Source: an uncultured Deinococcaceae bacterium (GTDB taxonomy: Bacteria > Deinococcota > Deinococci > Deinococcales > Deinococcaceae). From it: DNA of 61,113 nucleotides. Below the pieces are notes generated by a model that made no database searches, was not told the DNA's origin, and saw nothing but the letters and a program-made list of their open reading frames with translations. Where the stretch lies: assembly GCA_964252075.1 (NCBI GenBank), contig CAXULY010000034.1, forward strand, positions 1-61,113. Direction: 5' to 3'. This document shows positions 30,149 to 40,306 of this stretch, in pieces (the first letter of the stretch is position 1; every line of letters starts with the position of its first letter). Both the position numbers and the translations under genes were made by a program.

Positions 30149-31120
30149 TTACGGGCGGGTCTGCAGGAGGCCCAGGTCACGCAGGCTCTCAGCGGTCTCC
30201 ACGATCGTCACCTCGGCCGGGCGCGGCCGGAAGCCCAACTCCTCCCGCGCGCGGTCGTTGCGGATCACCAGCGGGGGCGGCGCCTCACCCGGCACCTCCT
30301 CCGTGGGGACCCGCTGCGCGAGCGGCCCCAGACGCTCGCGCAGCACCCGGGCAACCTCCAGGAACGTGAGGGTCGGCCCGTCCGCGAGGGCCAGGTAGCG
30401 CTTCCCGGCCGCCTGCGGCGCCGCCATGGCGGTGATGTGAAGCGCAGCCACGTCGCGGACGTCCGCGATTCCGAAGCGCTGGCGCGGCACGGCCGTCATC
30501 GTGCCGTCCAGCATCGCCGTAAAGAACTGCAGCGACGAGCGCGCCTCGCCGGTCAGCGTCGGCCCTGCCACCCACGTCGGGTTTACCACCACCAGCTCCG
30601 TGCCGCCCCCCTCGCGCGCCATGAAGTCCCACGCAGCGCGCTCCGCCAGCGCCTTCGAGCGCGGGTACGGCGCCAGCCCCGGCGTGTCCGGATCCGTCCA
30701 GTCCGTTTCGCTGTACTCGCGCGTGGCCTTGGGGGAGTACCCGACCGCCGCGAAGGACGACGTCATGACCACGCGCCGCACGGCCGCGTCGCGCGCGGCG
30801 CGCATGACGCGCCGCGTGCCGTCTCGCGCCGCGGTGACGATGCCATCCGGGTCGCCCGTCTGACCCATTAGCGAGGCCAGGTGGTACAGCCCGTCCACGC
30901 CGGCGGCTGCCTCCGCCCACCCGTCATCCGCGGTCAGGCTGGCGACAACCAGCTCGAGTCCGGCGTCGTCCGCGCCCGCACGGCGGACCGCCTCACGCAC
31001 CGCGGTCCCGGTTCCGGCGGACCGGACGGTGGCGCGCACGTCCGTTCCGGCCAGCAGCAGGTCCGCGATGAGGCGCGTCGCGAGGTACCCGGACCCGCCG
31101 GTGACGAGCACCGGACTCAC
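30149..31120 (-). CDS. NAD-dependent epimerase/dehydratase (extended SDR, aldehyde reductase-like)
   Basis: VLVTGGSGYLA; VMTSSFAA; YPRSK; ADVRDVA; start overlaps the merR stop. Confidence 0.9.
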   Translation of the reverse strand: MSPVLVTGGSGYLATRLIADLLLAGTDVRATVRSAGTGTAVREAVRRAGADDAGLELVVASLTADDGWAEAAAGVDGLYHLASLMGQTGDPDGIVTAARDGTRRVMRAARDAAVRRVVMTSSFAAVGYSPKATREYSETDWTDPDTPGLAPYPRSKALAERAAWDFMAREGGGTELVVVNPTWVAGPTLTGEARSSLQFFTAMLDGTMTAVPRQRFGIADVRDVAALHITAMAAPQAAGKRYLALADGPTLTFLEVARVLRERLGPLAQRVPTEEVPGEAPPPLVIRNDRAREELGFRPRPAEVTIVETAESLRDLGLLQTRP

Positions 31121-31557
31121 CGCAGCACCGCCTGCAAGTCCGGGATGATGCCCTGCAGCTGCTGCTGGGCGGCGGCCTCGTCCGCCGCGTCGCCGCGCGC
31201 GCGGGCGTCCCACAGCGCCGCTTTCGTCCGCAGGTAGGCCAGGTGGACGCCCAGCGTGCGGATTTCGGCCTCGACGCGCTCCGCGTGGCGTTGCAGCAGC
31301 GCGCTCTGCTCATCCGCCGCGGCGTGCCCGAGCCCGCGGTTCGCCTGGTACGTGCGCATGTCCTCGATGCCGACGCCCATGGCGCGCAGGCACGCCAGCG
31401 CCTGCAGCACGTCAAGGTCCCGCTCGCCGTAACGGCGGTGCCCACTGCTCGCCTCCCGGGCGATCGGCCCGATCAGCCCGACGTTCTCGTAGTAGCGCAG
31501 GGTCGGCTCGCTGAGCCCGCTGCGCCGCGACACATCCTGGATGGTCATGGTGGTCAT
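31117..31557 (-). CDS. MerR-family transcriptional regulator
   Basis: MTIQDVSRRSGLSEPTLRYYENVGLI...GHRRY. Confidence 0.93.
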   Translation of the reverse strand: MTTMTIQDVSRRSGLSEPTLRYYENVGLIGPIAREASSGHRRYGERDLDVLQALACLRAMGVGIEDMRTYQANRGLGHAAADEQSALLQRHAERVEAEIRTLGVHLAYLRTKAALWDARARGDAADEAAAQQQLQGIIPDLQAVLR

Positions 31558-31563
31558 GCGGGC

Positions 31564-31594
31564 AGTACAGCAAACCTCAAGCGCTTGAAGTCAA
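31564..31594 (-). promoter_or_regulatory. MerR-type promoter/operator
   Basis: TTGACT-19 bp-TGTACT with the palindrome ACTTCAAGCGCTTGAGGT overlapping the spacer; ATG 6 nt downstream. Confidence 0.8.
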
Positions 31595-31882
31595 GTGTTT
31601 GCCTCAAAGGGCAGCGCGAGACTCCCGGACACCCCATACTGGGCAGGCAGCCTGCCGAGCCTGTTCATGTGGTGGCCGTGGGTCATGCGGCGGTCCTCAT
31701 TGCCCTGTGCGCCATAGGTACGAACCGCTGGCAGCGGGCCAAGTGAGCTGACCCTCCCGCTTCCGCACGCCCACACCGCAATGCGCTCCGCTACATCGAG
31801 GGCCAGCTTTGACCCTGAGCCCTGACCCGGACTTTCGGTGGGCGCCACACTTCTCAGCTTGGGTTTGCCACACTGAGCCAGC

Positions 31883-31953
31883 ATGGATTCACATCCGAAC
31901 GCCGACGCCGACCCTCCCAGTTCCGTTCCGCTCCCGCAGGTGCGTGACGGCTG

Positions 31954-31954
<1 letters not shown>
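31883..31954 (+). CDS. putative 23-aa leader peptide (MDSHPNADADPPSSVPLPQVRDG)
   Basis: Its stop overlaps the ATG of the CorC-family gene (TGATG); Asp/Pro-rich. Confidence 0.5.
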
Positions 31955-33270
<1,316 letters not shown>

Positions 33271-33591
33271 CTGGAACACAGTCATTCAGCTTAAGCGTGC
33301 TTTTCTCCCGAATCCGGCCCACTCGAACGTGCTGGGAGGCTGGCTTGCAGCTGTGCGTGTCTCTAAAGGGGTTCTCCAGTTAGAAGGGCCGCCACCGTCA
33401 CCAGGGTTCTTCAACCTGGTAACTGATCAATAAGCAGCAGGGCGCTTCATGTGAGGGACATCATCGGGGCATGCTTGGCATCCGTCCAGAGCAGAGCGCC
33501 CGCAACGATTCCTGCTGGAGATCGGGTGCGGGCGTGCAAAGCCAAGACCTGATAATGGTGTGTGAGTGCGGCGCCGTGTTACGACTGACCG

Positions 33592-33975
33592 ATGACCCTC
33601 CACGAGAGCGCGATGCAGGCTGGTCCACGCTTCGCACGTGCACGCCCACCCGCCTGGTGGTGGGGTCCGGTTGCGGTGGGTGTGGTGGCGCTGGTGCTGG
33701 CGGCCCTGGCGTTCATGGTGTTCAGCGGCGTGGGGCGCATGTCCCAGGGCGCCTTCGTGTGGAAGTGCCAGACGCTCATCACCACCCGAATGAACGCGTC
33801 CATGACCCGGTTCGTGCCGCCCGTCCCGCTGGACCTGATCGGTACCCCGGAGTCCGGCCTGACGTATGTCGGGCAGGTGGCGACGGGAAACACCGCTGGG
33901 GCGCTGAACCGGACGGACTTCACCTGCAGTTACAACCCGCTGACGCGCATGGTGAGCACGGAGTTACAGCACTGA
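33592..33975 (+). CDS. hypothetical membrane-anchored protein
   Basis: One N-terminal TM; two Cys; coding-like codon usage. Confidence 0.6.
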   Translation: MTLHESAMQAGPRFARARPPAWWWGPVAVGVVALVLAALAFMVFSGVGRMSQGAFVWKCQTLITTRMNASMTRFVPPVPLDLIGTPESGLTYVGQVATGNTAGALNRTDFTCSYNPLTRMVSTELQH

Positions 33976-34189
33976 CGACTGCTGGCCGTTTCAGGTCAGG
34001 AGCAACGGGAGTGCGTACTCTCCGGTGCGCGCGCATTGAATGAGGCCCAGGCGCGCGTAGGGCGTGTGGCAGGCAGGGCAGTGTGGACCAGCGGAGCCCG
34101 CAGAGGCAGAAGAGGCGAACGCCAGGGCGCTCAGGCGAGCTCATGGCGCCCGAGAGCGCAGTGGGCCACACAGGGTGCCGAGGATGACG

Positions 34190-34483
34190 CTACGACTGCT
34201 TCCGCTGCGCCATCCCATCGAGGAGGAGCGTGGTGCGTTCGTCTCGGTGCACGCCATCACTGCCCACGTGCTTCTCCGAGATGACCGCTCCATTCTTGAT
34301 GACATGCACCAGGGCCATGGCGTGCCCCCGGCCCAGACCGAACTCGTCTTTGAGCCACGCGACGATGACCCCCGCTTTGGTCTTCGGATCGGTGAATCCT
34401 TTGTCTCTGGCGAGCGCGATGAACTCGTTGGGTGTCTTCCCCGTCTGCTTCTCGATGTTGTCAAGGTACGCCTGGAACGACAT
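34190..34483 (-). CDS. DUF4287-like protein
   Basis: MSFQAYLDNIEKQTGKTP...WLKDEFGLGRGHAMALV; GGAGG RBS. Confidence 0.85.
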   Translation of the reverse strand: MSFQAYLDNIEKQTGKTPNEFIALARDKGFTDPKTKAGVIVAWLKDEFGLGRGHAMALVHVIKNGAVISEKHVGSDGVHRDERTTLLLDGMAQRKQS

Positions 34484-34780
34484 GCTTGCCTCCCGTTGAG
34501 CAGCGAGGTGCTGGTGCCCTCATCGCGCTGTCAGGCGCGCCAAGGTCAATGGCTGGACTCCGTGCATTGTATGTGTCCCGGCCTGATCCCGCCAGATCGG
34601 TCCTGAACTCAGGTGAAGCAACATGATGAGGAGAAGCAGTGGTTCATCGGGTTGCTCCATCCTGTGTCCGAACGGACAACGCGGCGCGTCCACTCAGGTG
34701 AGCGCGACGATAGGTCACGAGCGGTCGAATCGCGGCAACGAGAAAACGCACTCAAGCCGTGCTGACTTCCCGCGTGGCGG

Positions 34781-35881
34781 TCAGGTGCCCGAGCGACTCA
34801 ACTGCTCTTTGGGGTCGTCGGGCGCTCCAGCGCCCCGCACCTGGTTCCGCCCGCCCTCTTTCGCTTGGTACAGGTGCATGTCCGCCACGCGCATGGTCTC
34901 CTGACCGTCCGCTCCGAGCATCGTCAGGCCGCCCGAAATGGTCACGGAAGGCAGCCGCGACACGTGCGCCACCTCGCGGCCCACGCTCATCCGCACGCGT
35001 TCCGCCACCACCATCGCCCACGCGGGCTTGCAGTGGTGCATCAGCACCGCGAACTCCTCGCCGCCCAGGCGGTACACCCCGTCCGAGGGCCGCACGCTCG
35101 CGCGGATGACGCCCGCGGTGATGGACAGCACCTGATCGCCCACCGCGTGGCCGTGCGTGTCATTCACCCGCTTGAAGTGGTCCAGGTCCAGAAGCAGCAG
35201 GTGGCTGGTGGGCGCGGCGCGCTGCAGGTCCTCGTCGAACTGCCGGCGGTTGTGCAGGCCCGTCAGGGCGTCCCGGAAAGCCAGCACCTCCAGCCGCTCC
35301 GCGCGCTGCAGTGCGCGCAGGCGGGCGTGGATCACCTGGTGGCCGGTCAGCGCGCCCAGCGCGCTGAGGGGCGCCGCCAGCAGGTACACAGGCAGCGCGT
35401 CCAGGACGGGCCGGCCCGTCAGGTGAAACGCCCAGAAGAACGCCAGGTCCGCCAGCACGTAGGTGCGCACCGCCCACCACCAGAACGCCAGGTGGTTCGG
35501 CGCTGGCGGTCTGGGGGTGCGGGTCCACCACGTGCGGGACGCCAGCAGCGCCACCAGCAACAGGTTCAGCTCGGCGGCGGGCACGCCTGCCCCGCCCAGC
35601 GACCAGCGAAAGACGGCGAGCGGCAGCGCCACCAGCAGCCCGGCCAGCACGCCGTGGCGGCGGCTCGCGAGGCCCACCAGCACCGTGCGCAGGTCGAACA
35701 TCAGGCCCGGGGCGAGCACCAGGGCGTGCGTCATGAGTTCCAGCGCCGTGAACACCATGAGCGCGAACCGCACGATCAGCCGCGACCAGCGCTCCGCGCG
35801 CGTCACGGTGGCGTACGTGGCGCTGACGGCGTACACGCCGGTGACCAGCACACACACGTTCAGGAGCAGCTGATCCAGCAT
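34781..35881 (-). CDS. membrane diguanylate cyclase (5TM-LYT-like sensor plus GGDEF)
   Basis: FDLRTV in the TM region; DALTGLHNRR, DLDHFKRVNDTHGH, RPSD I-site, GGEEF. Confidence 0.92.
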   Translation of the reverse strand: MLDQLLLNVCVLVTGVYAVSATYATVTRAERWSRLIVRFALMVFTALELMTHALVLAPGLMFDLRTVLVGLASRRHGVLAGLLVALPLAVFRWSLGGAGVPAAELNLLLVALLASRTWWTRTPRPPAPNHLAFWWWAVRTYVLADLAFFWAFHLTGRPVLDALPVYLLAAPLSALGALTGHQVIHARLRALQRAERLEVLAFRDALTGLHNRRQFDEDLQRAAPTSHLLLLDLDHFKRVNDTHGHAVGDQVLSITAGVIRASVRPSDGVYRLGGEEFAVLMHHCKPAWAMVVAERVRMSVGREVAHVSRLPSVTISGGLTMLGADGQETMRVADMHLYQAKEGGRNQVRGAGAPDDPKEQLSRSGT

Positions 35882-35912
35882 TCAGCGGTTCTCCGCGCGG
35901 GCCGCGGGCCGA

Positions 35913-37049
35913 TCAGGCGGGCGGTGCGGGTTCATCCGGTGTCGTCCAGGTGAGCAGGTCCAGGATCACCGTGGTGACCGCGGGGTCGAAGTGCCGCCCG
36001 GCGAGCGCGCGGATCTCCTGCGTCGCGGCCGTCACGGTCCACGCGGGCTTGTACGGCCGTTCGTGGGTGAGGGCATCGAAGACGTCGCACACCGCGAAGA
36101 GGCGGGCGGGTAAGGGTGTGGTTTCGCCGCGCGTGGCGCGGGGGTACCCGGTGCCGTCCCAGCGCTCGTGGTGGCCCGCGATGATCGCGAGGGCGGCGTC
36201 CGGCAGGAACCCGAGCGCCTCCGCGAAGCGCTCCCCTTCCCGCACGTGGCCCTGCATGACGCGCCACTCCTCCGCGTTGAGCCGACCGGGTTTGAGGAGC
36301 ACGGCGTCCGGAATGGAGAGCTTCCCGACGTCGTGCAGGTACGCGCCCCAGCGCAGCGCGCGCAGGTCCTGAGGGCTGAAGTGCAGCGCCACGCCGACGC
36401 GTTCGGCGAGCGCGGTGACGCGGTCGGTGTGCCCGCGCGTCTCGCGGTCCTTGTACTCCAGTCCCAGCCCGAGGGCGCGCAGCGCCGCCTCACGGGCCGC
36501 CACGGCGGCTTCCTCCGCCGCAAGGCGCGCGGTGAGGGCCGCGAGGGTGCCCGCGACGGCGGTGAACAGTTCCGCTTCGGCGGTGCTCCACGCGTGCGGC
36601 GTGAAGGTGTGCATCAGGAACGCCCCGATGAGCTGCCTGTGCGGGTCACGCACGGGCGCGGCAGCGAGGGAAGACACGCCCAGTTCAGGGAAGCCCGCCG
36701 CGGCGGGCGCGTGGCGGGTGTCGTCGAAGAAGAGCGGCAGGTCGCTCCGCTCGAGGGCCCGCAGGAGGGGTGTGTCTAGGGGCAGGCCGTGCGTCAGGAT
36801 GCTCCGCATGGCCTCACCGTCCGGGAGGTGACCGGCGGCGGCTTTCGCCTGGTACGCCACCGCGCGGTCGTTCAGCTGGAAGTACGCGCTGCCCACCGCG
36901 GCGGTGCGCGCGGTGAGTTCCTCCAGGGTGGGGATGACGGCCGCCGCGAGGTCCGGCGCGAGAAGGGCGCGGCGGGTCAGGCGCAGGATGGACTCGGCCA
37001 CGAGGGCGCGCGCATCGGATGGATCGGGGGTGGGCAAGGCGTTCGTCAT
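35913..37049 (-). CDS. GAF plus HD-GYP phosphodiesterase
   Basis: GHTDRV, LHDVGK, HHERWDGTGYP, DVFDALTHERPYK. Confidence 0.93.
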   Translation of the reverse strand: MTNALPTPDPSDARALVAESILRLTRRALLAPDLAAAVIPTLEELTARTAAVGSAYFQLNDRAVAYQAKAAAGHLPDGEAMRSILTHGLPLDTPLLRALERSDLPLFFDDTRHAPAAAGFPELGVSSLAAAPVRDPHRQLIGAFLMHTFTPHAWSTAEAELFTAVAGTLAALTARLAAEEAAVAAREAALRALGLGLEYKDRETRGHTDRVTALAERVGVALHFSPQDLRALRWGAYLHDVGKLSIPDAVLLKPGRLNAEEWRVMQGHVREGERFAEALGFLPDAALAIIAGHHERWDGTGYPRATRGETTPLPARLFAVCDVFDALTHERPYKPAWTVTAATQEIRALAGRHFDPAVTTVILDLLTWTTPDEPAPPA

Positions 37050-37900
37050 GGGGTGGGGTGCCGTCCGAATCGGCGCCCCACCAGCATGCTGGCGGGCGTG
37101 TCACGCAAGTCTGACAGGGGCACTCAGGGCGCCGCGCGCCCGACCGGCACGCAGCCCCAGTCCGCACGTAGGAAATCAGTGGGTACAAGAGGGTTCGGCG
37201 GTACATAAGCAGCTGGGTGGATTCTGAGCGCGCTCCAGGCCGCTCGCGTCGCTCAGGCGGCAAGCAATACGCACGATCTCCACGAGGCGTTCAAGGAAGC
37301 CAGGCCCATGAGGGCTCGGTGCGTCTGCGCTCTGGCCTGTCCGTGAGGCGTGAGGACCGATATGGATCCGATCAACGGCCCGTCCGGTCCTGCACGCGTC
37401 ATGGAGTGAATGACCGTATACCCTCAATTCAAGCTCTGCCGCATGCTCTCCTTGCTGGCCTACAGGAGGACCTCGACCTTGCCGTCCTGCACGGGCACTG
37501 TCAGGACCTCGCCGCTCCTCGAGACGGCGTTGGTGTGCCGGCCGTTCAGCGCATGTATGCACGGCGTCCGCCGCCTGCACCGCATGCGCAAGAGACCGCC
37601 GCGCGTGGGTCGCGCCCGCTGCGTTTACCCCACACCATCCCCAACCTCAGGAGGGCGCCGGGAGCGCGGGTTCAGGTTCAAGCTGACGTGGGTAGGCGGG
37701 CGGTCTTCATGCGCGCCATCGTCACCCTGCTGCGCCCGCAGTGGGATGACGGTCCTACTCGGCGCTCCCAGCGACCTGGGTCAGGGCTCCAGCCAGATCA
37801 TGGGGGCTTTCGGGCCGCCGCTCGCGGGACCGCTCACGCGCGATGACCTTTGGGCGGTCCTGAACGATGGTCCGCCGCGTGCTGCGGCGCCCCCGAGGCG

Positions 37901-39001
37901 TCATGGGGCGCCATCGCCATACCGCCGGGCGAAGACGGCCGCGATGAGGGCCCCGAGGACCTGCGGGAACACCTGCGCCAGGTCAATCGCGGCATCGCCC
38001 GTGGTCAGTCCCGCGGTCATGGTGCGGGTCGCGTTCGGGGTGCCGATCATGAGCGCGCCGTAGCCGCCTGGGGCACCTCCGTTGTGGTGGAGGATGATCC
38101 CGCCGTCCGCGCCGAGGTCCTGCACCCAGAGGCCCAGACCCAGGCCGAGCTTGCCGTGCAGGGTGCACATCTCGGTCAGCAGCGCTTCGGGGAGCAGCTG
38201 GCCGGTCAGCAGCGCGCTGATGAAGGTCTGGAGGTCCCGGGTGGTGGAGATGAGGTCCCCCGCCCCGATGAGCAAGGACAGGTTCTGCCGGCTGACGTCG
38301 GTGACCGCCCAGCGGTCACCGTCCTGGTGGCGGTAGTACCCGTGGGCGTGCGGTGTGGGGAGGTCGCTGAGGTCACCGGGCACCACGGTGTCATTCAGGC
38401 CGAGGGGTGCCAGGATCCGACGCTGCAGCTCCTGCGCGTACGTTCGACCCGTGAGCCGTTCAATCAGGAGGGCGGCGAGGGTGTAGTTGCTGTTGGCGTA
38501 GCTCTGGTCGGTGCCCGGCTCGAAGCGGGGTGGTTGTGACAGGGCGACCCGCATCAGCTCCTCGGGACGGTAGCTCCGGAACCGGTCCTGGACCCAGGCG
38601 GTGCCGGTGGCCGCGATGCCGGGCACGAACTGTCCGTTTCCGTCCAGCTCGCCGGTGTAGTTGTACAGGCCGCTGGTGTGCTGGAGCAGCGTCCGCGCGG
38701 TGATCCTGGGGTCGAGTTCCCATTCGGGCAGCGCGTCCGCGACGGGCGCGTCGAGGGTGGTGGTGCGCTCCGCGATGAGCTGAAGCAGGACGGTTGCGGT
38801 GAAGGGTTTGGTGGCGCTGCCCACCCAGAACCGCCCGTCCACCGGTGGGGCTTCGGTGGACCCGAGCGCGCGCACCCCGGCGCTGCCCACCCAGTCACCG
38901 TGTTCGTCGTGCACGCGCATCTGGATGCCCGCGAGGCCGGCGTCGACGGCGGACTGGATGACCTGCTGGTACGAGGCGTGGCGGTGGTCTGGGTCGGACA
39001 T
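37901..39001 (-). CDS. serine hydrolase, beta-lactamase/D-Ala-D-Ala carboxypeptidase family
   Basis: GSATK (SxxK), LLQHTSG, YAN (YxN), HNG; AAGGAG RBS. Confidence 0.9.
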   Translation of the reverse strand: MSDPDHRHASYQQVIQSAVDAGLAGIQMRVHDEHGDWVGSAGVRALGSTEAPPVDGRFWVGSATKPFTATVLLQLIAERTTTLDAPVADALPEWELDPRITARTLLQHTSGLYNYTGELDGNGQFVPGIAATGTAWVQDRFRSYRPEELMRVALSQPPRFEPGTDQSYANSNYTLAALLIERLTGRTYAQELQRRILAPLGLNDTVVPGDLSDLPTPHAHGYYRHQDGDRWAVTDVSRQNLSLLIGAGDLISTTRDLQTFISALLTGQLLPEALLTEMCTLHGKLGLGLGLWVQDLGADGGIILHHNGGAPGGYGALMIGTPNATRTMTAGLTTGDAAIDLAQVFPQVLGALIAAVFARRYGDGAP

Positions 39002-39143
39002 GGGCGCTCCTTTGCTGGCCCGCGGCGGAGAAATCGGGCCGCACGGGCCCGTCCGCCCCAGGGTGGGGTCGGTGCGGTGAATGGCGCGGTGGTGCCGGGC
39101 GCTCGCCTGTGGGGCGGCTCAGGCGGCTGGAGGGCTCACCGTT

Positions 39144-39500
39144 TCAGTCGCGTGACGGCGTCTCGCCCCGCAGCGCCCGGAGGAGGTCGCGATTCAGGGC
39201 GTCGCGGCGGTCGGTGGTGTACATCCTGGCCCCGCGGAGCAGCTCGTCGCAGAACGAGGCGACGTCTTCTCCCGTGATGTCGAGCACCTGCTTGCCTTCG
39301 GCGGCGCCCATCTCGAACAGTTCGATCAGGCCATACTGGATGTGCAGCACATCCATGCCATTCGTGGCGCCCGAGCCCCACATGTACGCCTGCATTTTGT
39401 GGAAGGCGGTGCGGTACCCGTCGGGCAGCTTGTTCACCCTGGCCATCATCTGCCTGAATTCCTTTTTGTCCTCAATCAATTTTCTGATGGCCCTGAGCAT
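39144..39500 (-). CDS. DUF1048-family protein
   Basis: LIEDKKEFR...LIELFEMGAAEGKQVLDITGEDVASFCDEL; downstream of PadR. Confidence 0.85.
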   Translation of the reverse strand: MLRAIRKLIEDKKEFRQMMARVNKLPDGYRTAFHKMQAYMWGSGATNGMDVLHIQYGLIELFEMGAAEGKQVLDITGEDVASFCDELLRGARMYTTDRRDALNRDLLRALRGETPSRD

Positions 39501-39825
39501 GTCCGTCGCCCTCCTTCAGTTCCGTCATTTTTGAGGCGACGAACGTCCATCTGGTCCAGAAGCGACGCCGTTCTTCCTTTCCCCGGTCATTCAGTGCGTA
39601 GAACTTGCGCGGCGGTCCCACGGTGGACGGCTTTTTCTCGATGATGACGAGGTTGTTCTTCTCGAGTCGGGTCAGGATGGTGTAAACCGTTCCGTCCACG
39701 ACGTCGGTGAATCCGAGCGCGTTGAGCCGCCGGGTGATTTCGTAGCCGTAGATGCTCTCGTGGCTGATGATTTCGAGGACACAGCCTTCCAGCACGCCTT
39801 TGAGCAGTTCGGTCAGGTGTTCCAG
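39472..39825 (-). CDS. PadR-family transcriptional regulator (probable CTG start)
   Basis: LTELLKGVLEGCVL...YGYEI...GTVYTILTRLE...GPPRKFY; GGAGG sits 7 nt before an in-frame CTG at 39825. Confidence 0.9.
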   Translation of the reverse strand: MEHLTELLKGVLEGCVLEIISHESIYGYEITRRLNALGFTDVVDGTVYTILTRLEKNNLVIIEKKPSTVGPPRKFYALNDRGKEERRRFWTRWTFVASKMTELKEGDGHAQGHQKID

Positions 39826-39848
39826 TGGGGTTCCTCCACTTCCGCGCA

Positions 39849-39894
39849 GTAACTAGTGCTACTTATTACTGGTACAAAGTAACACAGAGTAGCG
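39849..39894 (-). promoter_or_regulatory. candidate PadR operator/promoter
   Basis: AT-rich segment with repeated CTACT/AGTAG and GTAAC/GTTAC elements just upstream of padR. Confidence 0.4.
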
Positions 39895-40306
39895 GTAAGA
39901 TTCAAGCGGCCCGCCAGGCGCTAGGGGAGTGACGCCGCTGCGCGCCATCCCGGAGTGGGGAGCACAGCGACCAATGGATGGCTGCGACAGCAAGACCAGA
40001 CGTGTCACTCGCGACGGGCCAACCATGGCCAGCCGCAAGGATGCCTGGATGGCATGCCCGACTGGCTCAGACCTCCTGATGGAACGGGCGATCTTGCCCA
40101 TTCGTGGAGTCCACGCAGCTTCCTCTCGCCACCCACCAGGACCACACCCCTCTGCAGGGAACCCACCGCCCACCACGAATATGTGTTGCGCTTTCATCGC
40201 CGGTCTGGCACCATCCGGCCGCGGTGGTCCATGCTGGTGCTTCGGGCACCCCTCCCCTGCCCGCCGTGCCATGCACCCCCTTCCGTTCAGCTCCAGGCGG
40301 CCCGCC

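Noticed and set aside
37099..37116. TGTCA...TGACA upstream of the GAF-HD-GYP gene as another GTCAY promoter copy
   Set aside because: It is an inverted repeat, not an 11-bp-period direct repeat with the fixed -10 spacing.
37200..37890. ORFs 37217..37846, 37410..38063 and 37176..37580
   Set aside because: No credible protein; at most a decayed remnant on the minus strand.
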